A stretch of 34,060 nucleotides of DNA from Octopus bimaculoides. Taxonomy: Eukaryota. The stretch's first letter is position 1, and the number at the start of each line of letters is the position of its first letter. A model generated the notes under the pieces. The model worked only from the letters and a program-made list of their open reading frames with translations. It searched no databases and was not told the DNA's origin. The DNA lies in the NCBI RefSeq assembly GCF_001194135.2, contig NC_068985.1, positions 46,868,499 to 46,902,558 of the forward strand, written 5' to 3'. The translations under genes were made by a program, and so were the position numbers. Of this stretch, positions 18,914 to 29,975 are shown piece by piece.

Positions 18914-19317
18914 AGGCGCAAGTGAGGCTGTGTAGTAAGAAGTTTGCTTCCTAACCACACGGTTCCGAGTTCAGTCCCACTGCGTGGCACCTTGGGAATG
19001 TGTTTTCCACTATAGCCTCGGGCCGACTAATGTCTTGTGAGTGGATTTTATAAAGAGAAACTGAAAGAAGCCCATCATATATATGTGTGTGTTTGCGTCT
19101 GTATTTGACTCCCATCAACGCTTGACAATCAGTTTTTGGCGTATTTACGTCCCCGTTAGATAGCGGTTCGTCAAAAGAAACCGATAAAATAAGTAACATG
19201 TTTTAAAAAAACGTACTGGGTCGATTAATTTATTCGACGAAAAATTCTTCAAATTGGTGCTCCAGCATGGCCGCAGTCTGACAACTGAAACAAGTAAAGG
19301 ATAAAAGATAAAAGATA
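18914..19317 (+). mobile_element. SINE family B, full length
   Basis: tRNA-like head GGCTGTGTAGTAAGAAG...GAGTTCAGTCCCAC, central (TG) patch, tail GGTGCTCCAGCATGGCCGCAGTC...(AAAGAT)n. Confidence 0.9.
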
Positions 19318-19789
19318 CTATCAATACATTGTGAAAGAGCCATAGTAGTTATTTAATAGCTCAAAGCAGAATTGTATCAGTGACCAGGTTGAAGTGGAGC
19401 GTCGAAAATATTAGCACCTCATGAAATAAATTAAAAATATTAAGTGATATTTAGCAACATCACGTGTTATTTTAAATAGCCATAATAGCTCTTCAACGTT
19501 GTAATTGTTCCTTCAATACGTACTTTTATAATTTCCCTACTCGACACAGCTTTCTTCTTTTTTAGTCTCTTTGATAGTATGAAGATGGAAAAACTACTGC
19601 TTTACTTTTGCATGACATACTGATACCAGAGGCAGTTTCCTTTCATTTTTTGCTAGATTGGTTTATGATTCCACAAGAGAGATTTTATACCAAATTCGCA
19701 TACAAAGATAATTTTGAGTTCTACTATTACAAGCGGAACTCTTCTTCCGAGAAATGAACTTATTTCACTAAATATATATTTTAAACTCT

Positions 19790-19931
19790 GATACCAATGG
19801 TTTCTAATCATCTCAAATTTTATGGTTTTATAATAGCTGTATAATTGCAGAAAATCCACACCCACTGAATTCGTAGTAACATATAATCTTTCCAAATCTG
19901 CTTCCGGCTTGTGTATTCTTAATTTCGTCAT
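19790..19931 (-). mobile_element. R4-type LINE fragment (post-RT region)
   Basis: LRIHKPEADLERLYVTTNSVGVDFLQLYSYYK resembles the RLE-LINE motif HPKAD..RLY..R..GGRGL.QL...Y. Confidence 0.5.
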
Positions 19932-20222
19932 TATTTTCCGTTTATGTATAATATAAAATTGCTAATTTACGCAGCTTGTTGAAAATGTAATTATAATTTA
20001 TTGCTGAAATCGTATGTTCAGAACTTATTATCTGATATATTCTTGATTTTAATTCGGTAATTCTGAAGTGACAATTAATGTGTCTATATTTCTTGCTAAA
20101 CTCTTCTCTTGTTCATATATGTATATTAATATATAAGTATTAGCAATTTTATTTTATACGGTAGCAGTAATATTGCCAGTATCATAATCATAATCATCAA
20201 CGACAATAATAATTATAACAGT

Positions 20223-20435
20223 GGTTTCAAATTTTGGTACAGGGTCATCAATTTCGGGGGAGGGCTCCAATGCTCAACTTCGGCCCCTGTGCTCAGCTAG
20301 TACATATCTTATCAACCCCGAAAGTGTAACGGACAAAGTCGACCTCGGCGGAATTTGAGCTCAGAACGTTAAGACGAGAGAAATATCGCAAGACATTTTC
20401 CCACCGGGCTTACGATACGGCCAGCTCGCCGTCTT
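20223..20435 (-). mobile_element. SINE family A, full length
   Basis: Reverse complement: TTAAGACGGCGAGCTGGCC...CTGAGCTCAAATTCCGCCGAGGTCGACTTTGTCC...AAAATTTGAAACC. Confidence 0.88.
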
Positions 20436-20844
20436 AAGAACAGTACTAATACTAATTATAGTTATAATAATAATAATAACAACTTTTACTATTATACCTA
20501 GTTTTATTCAATGATATGGAACCAATTAACTTTTTCAGCCCGATACTTATTTTACCGGTATATGAATGTCGAACCGCTAGGTTACAATACACAGAATTTT
20601 ACAACTTATACCACGACAGAACTACAAGAAAACATGCACACAAATGAACTCATTCTTTCCTTCACTTTCTTCTACTAATTATCGCTTCCGACTCCTCCTC
20701 CCTATCCTTCTTCCTTATATTTTCATATCAATCTTCTCGTGATTTTTCCGTTGTCCTTTAAACTCTCATTTTACTTTTATTATAAGTCTGGATTGATGAT
20801 ATTTAACTGAAGCAGACAGAAAGAAGAAGAGAGAAATAGAAATA

Positions 20845-21062
20845 CGGTAATCCCTCGCCATATCGCGGTTCACTTATCGCGGTTTATTATTTAAGCTTAC
20901 GTTGATTCCTCTGTGGTGCTGTTTTGCATTTTATTAAAATAAGTATATACAAAGTATAAAAATAATAAAAAATATGCAGTACAGTACTGTTTCTACTTCG
21001 CGGATTTTCATCTATCGCGGTTTTTTTTGGAACGAACATCCGCAATAATCGAGGGATTAATG
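20845..21062. mobile_element. Tigger/pogo-like (Tc1/mariner superfamily) MITE
   Basis: TIRs CGGTAATCCCTCG (20845) and CGAGGGATTAATG (ends 21062), flanked by TA on both sides. Internal TATCGCGG repeats. Confidence 0.85.
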
Positions 21063-21256
21063 TAGGTAGATAGAGATAGATAAGTGTATAGAGCTGCAAT
21101 GAGCTCATGAAGTAAATTGTTTAATTTTATGTTCCTTTGTTATTTATTTAATTTCATATCTTGCTTTGTACTCGACTAACGCTTTATTCTCAAGCATAAG
21201 TATAGTGAGTTCTAAAACCGTGTTATTAGTATTGTTACGCCTAAGCGAAATAAACA

Positions 21257-21303
<47 letters not shown>

Positions 21304-21318
21304 TTATCTATCTATCTA
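21257..21318. repeat. (TCTA)n microsatellite
   Basis: Direct reading. Confidence 0.95.
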
Positions 21319-21515
21319 TTTTTGATATCTGTACGTCGCAGCTGTGTTGTCTACAAATGTGCGAACCCCATGCTTGTATATGTACCTACAGAGAAAACAA
21401 ATTAATTTTATGTAATAAAAATTTATACCAAAATAAGGGTCATCTACCCAGCGGAATACACCTAAACCGAAGTAGCGTATTGGGCATAGACAATAACAAG
21501 AATTTTCGCTTACTG

Positions 21516-21740
21516 CAGTGGTTCTCAATTGGGGTCCATTCAACCATGTAGGTCCATATAAGATATTTTTGCTAAAATGTATGTGCAATAAATTGTATAG
21601 GCTTCAATAGTACACAAAATATTTTAACAATTTTTTTTATTACAATTCACAGTAATGCTTTGTTATAACAACATAATGGGATTTTTTTAAACATCTAGGA
21701 GTCAAAAGGGTTCATAGGTAAAAAAGGTTGAGAACCAGTG
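21516..21740. mobile_element. hAT (Charlie-like) MITE
   Basis: TIRs CAGTGGTTCTCAA / TTGAGAACCAGTG (one mismatch). 8-bp flanks GCTTACTG / GCTTAGTA (6/8), consistent with a hAT TSD. Confidence 0.85.
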
Positions 21741-21794
21741 GCTTAGTACAAAGGGTAAAAAGATAAATGCATAAAGGTTGCTTGTAGAAGCACA

Positions 21795-22023
21795 AGCAGT
21801 CGCTTATACATACCAGCCTCCCTTCTCCACACCCTCGATGTTATTCAAGGAAAAGGCCAATACAGCTTGGCACCAGTAACTCATTTTAGCAAACTCATTT
21901 CTACAGCTGAATGAGCCGAAGCAACGTGAAATAAAGTGTGTTGCTCAACCCGGTCTGGAAATCGAACTGATTTCCTCATGACTGTGAGACCGACGCTCTA
22001 ACCACTGAGCCATGCACCTTCAC
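21795..22023 (-). mobile_element. tRNA-derived SINE family C
   Basis: Minus strand GGTGCATGGCTCAGTGGTTAGAGCG (A box)...GTTCGATTTCC (B box), then TTGAGCAACACACTTTATTTCACGTTGC...CAGCTGTAGAAATGAG, a central-domain-like block. Confidence 0.85.
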
Positions 22024-22982
22024 TATTAAAGCCGCTGCATCATTAAAATAGATATACATACTCCAAATATCCTTTTCTTTGACATACGTCCATGTTTCTA
22101 ATAGCAATGCAGAGAAAGATTAAACATATATATATATATATATNNNNNNNNNNNNNNNNNNNNNNNNNNNNNNNNNNNNNNNNNNNNNNNNNNNNNNNNN
22201 NNNNNNNNNNNNNNNNNNNNNNNNNNNNNNNNNNNNNNNNNNNNNNNNNNNNNNNNNNNNNNNNNNNNNNNNNNNNNNNNNNNNNNNNNNNNNNNNNNNN
22301 NNNNNNNNNNNNNNNNNNNNNNNNNNNNNNNNNNNNNNNNNNNNNNNNNNNNNNNNNNNNNNNNNNNNNNNNNNNNNNNNNNNNNNNNNNNNNNNNNNNN
22401 NNNNNNNNNNNNNNNNNNNNNNNNNNNNNNNNNNNNNNNNNNNNNNNNNNNNNNNNNNNNNNNNNNNNNNNNNNNNNNNNNNNNNNNNNNNNNNNNNNNN
22501 NNNNNNNNNNNNNNNNNNNNNNNNNNNNNNNNNNNNNNNNNNNNNNNAAGAACTCATTTTGCTTTAATCAGCATATGGCAGTGGAAGTAGTATGGAAGTA
22601 TAACTGTTTTTTTTTTCACATGCCGGATTTGGAATGATTTTAAAAATCTAGGGAAATTTAACCGAGACCATCTGAAAATTCAATAATATTTAATGCTATT
22701 TCCTTATAAATAAATTTTATATACACTTAAATGGGATTTGCAAAATAAATTCTTTATATTTCATAGAGTACTTTGTTAAAGCGATTACACGTAAAAATAA
22801 GCACAAAAATTACTACACTCGGATTTTTGCTCACTTTCAACTGCTGATGAAGCAAATTGTGTGTGTGTCTGTGTGCGTGTGATTCCGCATCATATAGCTA
22901 TTAGATATAGGAATCTCTGCTCAGGAAAAGGATATATAAACAATGTTTGTTTATTTTAATATGTGCACTCGATATTATTTAA

Positions 22983-25330
22983 CCTTTGGTCTACCAGAGA
23001 AAATGTATGTCACTAATTACCAATTGAGTCCAACTGAGCCAATATTTTTCTTTTAATTGAATTTTATTCAAACTACCACTATTTTTGTAGCTACATTATA
23101 TATGCTATCAGGTGAATGAAAAATTGTTTCTCACAAATTTTAATAAAAAAGAAATACAGCTTCCAGAATATATTATAAATTTTAAAATATTACAAAAATG
23201 CAGAGTTACAGCTCTTCATGGCAGTGAATGGAAACACAATTAGAATATTCTTGTCAAATATGGACATTGCAATTCTTACATGTAATACAAGTTTTCCTGC
23301 CTTTTTTTGAGGCCTCACAAATACCAGCTTCCTTTTTATGTGCCTGAGGAATCTCAAATGAGGTTGAAGATCGTCTTGTTTGGTTGACAAATGTTAGCGG
23401 AACAAGAAGATTGTTTGTCACTTTCTTGTTTGGCTTTAACTCCAGCAAATTCCTTTCCTAACTGAATTAGGCACTGTCTTCTTTTATCCTTGAAACCTTG
23501 CAAGTGAAGCTGTTTAGCAAAATGCAAGCATTCACTGCACTTATATCAATCATGTTGCAGAATATAACCATGGACATCTTCGAGTCATTCTTTTGCAGGT
23601 GTATGTCGTTACCATCTTATCTGGGGTATCTACTCCTCCTTTTGTTTTGTTGTAACATGTAATAACTTCAGGTTTCTTTTCAGCACTTTTTGAATGAATT
23701 CAAGGCTCAGCGTGCATTGTACTCATAAGTGTGACTACAATTTTTCTCGGGACAGTAAAATAGGATCATAGAATCCTTTTGAAATCCAAATACTGTGCTA
23801 TTGATTTCTCTTTCTTTTCCATTTGTGAAAAAACTTGGAAGTTCAACTCTGTTCTTTTTAATTGTCCAAACTAAAGTGGTTTTCTTGCTAAGCAAGTTTC
23901 GAGCCGATCCTAGACTTGTAAAAAAATTANNNNNNNNNNTAAAGTGGTTTTCTTGCTAAGCAAGTTTCGAGCCGATCCTAGACTTGTAAAAAAATTATCA
24001 CAAGTTATATTGCGACCAGTATTTTCAAGTTCTTTTACAAGGTCATCAACAACTCTTGAACCTTGATCTGTCCCTCTCACTTTTACTGGGTCTTTTCCAG
24101 TGCAGATCTGCATTTTCCAGGCATAAGATATTTCACTGTCGCATACTGCCCAAATCTTAAGTCCATATTTCCCTGGTTTTGAAAGAATATATACCCAGAA
24201 TGGGCAGCACCCTCTGAATGAAACTAATTGTTCATCAACTGTCATGCACGAATTTGCAAATTCTGATTCCACATTTCAAATACTTCTCTTATGGACTCCA
24301 GTTTATCATCACTTCGCTTTTTTCTTCTTGCACTACCATCATCAAAACGCAATACTTGTAAAAATTTGTCGAAATCTTCCCCGGTTCATAATTTTGTTGG
24401 GCGGTCATCTTCTTGACTCCATAACTGTGTGACATTTTCATGTTTAGATTTATAAACGCCTATAACAATAACCAGTCCAATAAATTACTTTAGTTCAGAG
24501 TGATCATTTTCCTTCCATTTATCTTTGTAAACAACCTGACCTTCAACATTTGTCCATTTACGAATTACTTCAAGAAGATTCTGGCGCATAAAGAGAGTAA
24601 AACATGTTTCAATGCCATCGCAAGACCTTTTAGCAAAACGGGATGGTCCACATTCTCGGCGCACAATATTGCAAGATGAAGTTCTTACTGCTACTTGAGT
24701 AAGATGATTAAAATGCCAAACTTCTTGTCTGTCTCTAGAAGCATATTGCTCATTCATAATTGGGTGGCTTGCAGATAATTTTTGAGTATCCTCATCATTT
24801 GATGACACAGGACCTAAACTTTCCAGCACACAATCACTTTCGCCATCATCTTCAGAACAATAGAAGGAATCACTACTATCTTCTTCCCATTCTTCATCTA
24901 GTTCCAATAAACTTTTCGATATTTGGTCTTCACTCAAGCTTTCACGACTAGGCATATTGGAAAGCACAACTGAACCTTATGAAACTTGACAGCAGACTAA
25001 ATATTGCTCTCTCGCATATTCAAACTCTTCTGAAAGATGATGCAATATATTGTAAGAATTGCGTCATCACATAGAAATATTGCATTACCCTACAACACAG
25101 TAGATTGAAGGTAAAGCAATACCACACACATTTATAAGAATATTTTCATAATTTTTCCTATTTTATCAAAAATTTAGCAAATAAACTGAATACATTTTAT
25201 CTATTTTATATCTGATTAATATCTAGGCAAATAATATTTGATACTGCTTTTATTCTGTTTAGAATGACAAGAGTAGTGCTCGAATTTAATTCGAAGGTCC
25301 AATGGACCCATACGGTAATTAATATATAAC
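22983..25330 (-). mobile_element. piggyBac-family DNA transposon; ends approximate (right end may be 25485)
   Basis: Contains the transposase relic. TTAA|CCTT at 22979-22986 and AAGG|TTAA at 25482-25489 are candidate termini. GTCCAA-N-GGACCC-like subterminal motifs near 23028 and 25297. Confidence 0.7.
23185..24955 (-). pseudogene. Disrupted piggyBac transposase
   Basis: Acidic N-terminus; GVYKS...QLWS...LRFDD; MTVDEQL (D at 24234-24236); KPGKYGLKIW; ITCDNFFTS (D at 23997-23999); YNKTKGGVDTPD (D at 23628-23630); C-terminal Cys-rich remnant RKTCITCKNCNVHI. Several stops and frameshifts. Confidence 0.95.
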
Positions 25331-25639
25331 GTGAAATTTTCTAGCTTTTATAAACATACGGAAAATTTTCCATTTGATAAATAAAAGAGAGTCAAGAAAA
25401 AATAAGAGTACGATAAATCATCAGAATCAAATGATATAGACAGTAGGAAAAAGCAACTGAAAAAACTGAAATGTATCCATGAAGGTTAATACCTTTTGAA
25501 CTATCATTCAGCTTATGCTGTTCTCTGTATTATTATGTTATCGGTATGAAATAGTCGTTTCCTTTATTTCAGTTCTTTGCCATAACTAGTACACAATAAC
25601 TAAATGCGAAATGTACCTACGAAGTCCAAGCCTGGTCGA

Positions 25640-25890
25640 TTAACGGAATGGTGTAGAGCATCGCAAAACTTATTCGCGATGTTAGTTTTGATCCTTTATG
25701 TTCTTAGTTCAAATTTTTTAAAAGTTGCGATGTATAAATATAGAAGTAATATCCATTTCTTAGTGGATAAAATAAGTGCCAGCCAAGTGCTGCAGTCGAT
25801 GGAGTCAATTACTTATATGTCGATATATAACTACGTTTCCAAGGCGGCGAGCTGGCAGAAACGTTAGTACGCCGAGCGAAATGCATAGCT
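25640..25890 (+). mobile_element. Degenerate SINE A followed by a truncated SINE A head (25841-25890)
   Basis: TTAGTTCAAATT...GATAAAATAAGTGCCAG, then AAGGCGGCGAGCTGGCAGAAACGTTAGTACGCCGAGCGAAATGC. Confidence 0.65.
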
Positions 25891-25961
25891 ACTCGTCAGG
25901 CCAAGGGTATCTTTATTAAATATATATATATATTTTTTCTCTGTGTGTTTATTTCTGTGTT

Positions 25962-25998
25962 CCTTTCTGTTGAAAAGCGTAAGCTCGAAACGTAAAAG
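25962..25998 (+). ncRNA. Minimal hammerhead-like motif (variant core CUGUUGA)
   Basis: CTTT-CTGTTGA-A-AAGC-GTAA-GCTC-GAAA-C-GTA-AAAG: perfect 4-bp stem I (CTTT/AAAG), palindromic ACGT stem III, G10.1 apparently mutated. Confidence 0.5.
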
Positions 25999-26687
25999 AC
26001 TTTCTCACTGTAAATTCCAACTATATATATATATATATATATATNNNNNNNNNNNNNNNNNNNNNNNNNNNNNNNNNNNNNNNNNNNNNNNNNNNNNNNN
26101 NNNNNNNNNNNNNNNNNNNNNNNNNNNNNNNNNNNNNNNNNNNNNNNNNNNNNNNNNNNNNNNNNNNNNNNNNNNNNNNNNNNNNNNNNNNNNNNNNNNN
26201 NNNNNNNNNNNNNNNNNNNNNNNNNNNNNNNNNNNNNNNNNNNNNNNNNNNNNNNNNNNNNNNNNNNNNNNNNNNNNNNNNNNNNNNNNNNNNNNNNNNN
26301 NNNNNNNNNNNNNNNNNNNNNNNNNNNNNNNNNNNNNNNNNNNNNNNNNNNNNNNNNNNNNNNNNNNNNNNNNNNNNNNNNNNNNNNNNNNNNNNNNNNN
26401 NNNNNNNNNNNNNNNNNNNNNNNNNNNNNNNNNNNNNNNNNNNNNNNNNNNNNNNNNNNNNNNNNNNNNNNNNNNNNNNNNNNNNNNNNNNNNNNNNNNN
26501 NNNNNNNNNNNNNNNNNNNNNNNNNNNNNNNNNNNNNNNNNNNNNNNNNNNNNNNNNNNNNNNNNNNNNNNNNNNNNNNNNNNNNNNNNNNNNNNNNNNN
26601 NNNNNNNNNNNNNNNNNNNNNNNNNNNNNNNNNNNNNNNNNNNNNNNNNNNNNNNNNNNNNNNNNNNNNNNNNNNNNNNNNNNNNNN

Positions 26688-26723
<36 letters not shown>

Positions 26724-28099
26724 GGAGAGTGAGAGACAGGGAGAAAGAGAGAGAAAGCGAGAAAGAGAGAAAAAAAGAGAGTGCATGTGTGTCTATGGAT
26801 ATGTGTGCGTCAATATATGCACACACATAGAGAGCTATTTATAAGCGTGTGCGAATGACAGCGTTTCCGGGACGTACGAATTAGTATTTACGTGTCGTTC
26901 CAGAAAGTTTTACAACTTTTACTTCCATAATACTATGCCTACTTTGGTGAATATCTTGGAAGGAAAGCGATTAACCGTTATATATTAGCCAATATAAATA
27001 TATTCTCATGCCCACGCAGCAGTTTACACATAAATTTACGTATATTTACATAAAATACAGACTTCTACACACTCATACAAGCACATACATAGTTACATAC
27101 ATATATACATACATGTATACGCTCGTCTGTGTATATGAATACATGTATATACGGATGTGTGTATAGAAATGTGTATGTGTATAAAGTGGGTATATATATA
27201 TATATATATNNNNNNNNNNNNNNNNNNNNNNNNNNNNNNNNNNNNNNNNNNNNNNNNNNNNNNNNNNNNNNNNNNNNNNNNNNNNNNNNNNNNNNNNNNN
27301 NNNNNNNNNNNNNNNNNNNNNNNNNNNNNNNNNNNNNNNNNNNNNNNNNNNNNNNNNNNNNNNNNNNNNNNNNNNNNNNNNNNNNNNNNNNNNNNNNNNN
27401 NNNNNNNNNNNNNNNNNNNNNNNNNNNNNNNNNNNNNNNNNNNNNNNNNNNNNNNNNNNNNNNNNNNNNNNNNNNNNNNNNNNNNNNNNNNNNNNNNNNN
27501 NNNNNNNNNNNNNNNNNNNNNNNNNNNNNNNNNNNNNNNNNNNNNNNNNNNNNNNNNNNNNNNNNNNNNNNNNNNNNNNNNNNNNNNNNNNNNNNNNNNN
27601 NNNNNNNNNNNNNNNNNNNNNNNNNNNNNNNNNNNNNNNNNNNNNNNNNNNNNNNNNNNNNNNNNNNNNNNNNNNNNNNNNNNNNNNNNNNNNNNNNNNN
27701 NNNNNNNNNNNNNNNNNNNNNNNNNNNNNNNNNNNNNNNNNNNNNNNNNNNNNNNNNNNNNNNNNNNNNNNNNNNNNNNNNNNNNNNNNNCATTGCTCTG
27801 TCCTTCTTCCGGAAGAGACCAGCAGACATCTGCAAGGGAACTCACTGTAGTTGTTTATATAGATTAAGGGATTTAGGGGAGCTTATAGTGAATAGGGGGT
27901 CTTTGCTCGAGGCAATCGTTCTGCAAAATAGATGTAACAGCATTTAAATTTTTAAGCCTTATCTCTCCACTATCGCTGTTCTACGCCTACATACACAGAA
28001 ACATATCAATATCGTATAAATACAAGATCACACACAACCGCACACGTATACAACTCTGTATGTATGCATGTATGCTTGCATATATGTATGTATTTATGT

Positions 28100-28210
28100 C
28101 ATTGTTCAGTTTTATTTCAAGATTTTTTGCCAATATAGACAAAGCTGGTTTTTAAACTAGATCCAAGGCTCCTTCATCGGAATTTCAACATCAACAACCA
28201 GGTATTTTTG
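28100..28210 (-). mobile_element. Diverged ~110-bp copy of the 3' terminus of the adjacent RLE LINE
   Basis: Aligns with 28288-28397 (CATT.TTCAG...TTTCAAGATTT.TTGCCAATA...CTAGATCCAAGGCT.CTTCA..GGAATTTCAACATCA.CAAC..GGTATTTTTG). TATG repeats on both sides. Confidence 0.9.
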
Positions 28211-28287
28211 TATGTATGTATGTATGTATGTATGTATGTATGCATGCATGCATGTATGTATGTATGTATGTATGTATGTATGTATGT
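28211..28287. repeat. (TATG)n microsatellite = (CATA)n tail of the LINE on the minus strand
   Basis: Direct reading. Confidence 0.95.
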
Positions 28288-29281
28288 CATTATTCAGTTT
28301 ATTTCAAGATTTCTTGCCAATAGAGAAAGAACCGGTTTCTAACCTAGATCCAAGGCTTCTTCACTGGAATTTCAACATCAGCAACAGGGTATTTTTGTTT
28401 GTATATATGTATGTTCAGATTTGTATGTTTTATGTATGTATTATTATGCATATAGTTGCATATCTAGACATGCTCATGTATATTTAAAGGATAAACCTCT
28501 GGAAAGTTTTACAGATTTTTACAGTTCCAGTCATGGATTGGATCAGTAGTCTTCGAATTAGCTTTCTCTTTTCTTCCTTTGAGAAGCCCAATTTCGTAAG
28601 ATTGTTATTTAGGCGGTGTTACATATCCTAGGGCCCCAATAATTACAGCTATAAACCTGAATTTGTAATCTGGATAGAGTAACGGCAGATTTCTCAATAG
28701 TTCAGCATAGGTATTCTCTTTTTCACTGATCCGCCGGGCAACTAATTTCCACAACTGCACACAATTTCCCTTCTCTGTCTTAACTCATTATATTAGGTCT
28801 GTTGTGCTTACATTTCATGGAGGTCTTCACTAGGACATTCCACTAGTACTCCTTTTTATTATGAGTGACTATGGCTTTACCATGCTGTGGGTACTTGTTT
28901 CTTTGTCCTCGGGGTTGTCCTTCCGACGGATAACATCATGTCTCATCGGTAGCTATAACTTCATGTCTCACCGGTAGATCAACCGTGATGACATTTTCAG
29001 ACAACTGCTTATGATGTGGGTGATAGGTTCGGTATTAACTCCACAAAGCCTGCATCGGTTGTTACATTTTACTGCTTTTCCTGCACCTCTATCCCTTTTG
29101 TGCATCAGGTATTTGGTTGATATTTCCTGTTCCTGGATTGCAAACGCATATCCTCCAAAGTAGGAGGTAGTAATCCGGCTATTGGTCCATGATAGGCTGC
29201 TTTGATGATCAATGTTACTGTCATCTCGGAGCTTTCTACTAACATATTCATGCATAGTCTTCTGCTCATATAGGCTCATGC
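28288..29281 (-). mobile_element. 5'-truncated RLE-clade LINE (CCHC knuckle + RLE + 3' UTR) flanked by (CATA)n at both ends
   Basis: YAFAIQEQEISTKYL...CRLCGVNTEPITHIISSCLKMS (CCHC), RHD-like motif, RPN...VVEISCP...FIAVIIGALGYV. Frameshifted, with a 25-bp tandem duplication at 28931-28980. Confidence 0.88.
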
Positions 29282-29862
29282 ATGTATGTATGTATGTATG
29301 TATGTATNNNNNNNNNNGCATGTATGTATGTATGTATGTATGTATGTATATATATATACACACACATATATATGTATACACACACACACAATATACACAA
29401 GCATATATATGTGTGTGTATGTGTGTGTATGTGTATATATGTATAGTGAGAAAGGATAGAAACAAAAGCTATTTCTTTATGAGTTTTCGATATAAGTAAA
29501 GTAGCAGTGTCTACTGGTCATTCATGCTAGTAGATCATAGAGTACACGTGCTTGTAAGTAAGAATTGATAAAAAACAAATGTAATAGTTGGAACGAAGGT
29601 TCTTTGCATAGACAAGTACACGGCAAGGATATAGAGCATGGATAATTATAACTGTTTTGTGGTACTAACTTAGCAAAGTATGAAAGTTCTTTCACATTCT
29701 GGTGGACATTAAGAATAGACAAAAAAACAAAAAACAAAAAAAAACAAACGAACAAAGAAACAGTTTAAAGCGTCGTGGGATGAAATCGAGAAGAAACCTA
29801 GAAAGGCAAGAGAAAAAAAAAATGATATCTTTCACTAATAATAGCAATGTTAATAATTTTCT

Positions 29863-29975
29863 TTAAGGCTGGTAGGCTCGTTAGCACACCGTAATCACGT
29901 TCTGAGTTCAACGTTGATTGTCATCCATTCGGTGTCAATAAAATGTTTGCCTTGTGCCGAAATTTGGAATTAATA
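29863..29975 (+). mobile_element. Short, internally deleted SINE A
   Basis: TTAAGGC...CGTTAGCACACCG...ACGTTCTGAGTTCAA...GCCTTGTGCCGAAATTTG. Confidence 0.55.

Noticed and set aside
21950-22023. tRNA-like sequence with A and B boxes
   Set aside because: No complete cloverleaf, and it continues into a SINE body and tail. It is a tRNA-derived SINE head, not a tRNA gene.
23872-23997. Exact 58-bp direct repeat flanking a 10-N gap
   Set aside because: Typical unmerged contig overlap. Collapsing it restores the transposase frame, so it is not treated as biological.
23185-24955. Domesticated PGBD-type host gene
   Set aside because: Multiple stops and frameshifts beyond the assembly artefact.
25870-25900. 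CTGACGAG on the minus strand
   Set aside because: No downstream GAAA or stem III. It overlaps a SINE truncation point.
28329-28370. Hammerhead-like look of the CATA-LINE 3' UTR (GTGAAGAAGCC...GGTTAGAAACCGG on minus)
   Set aside because: Neither copy has CUGA, and stem I and the NUH site cannot be formed convincingly.
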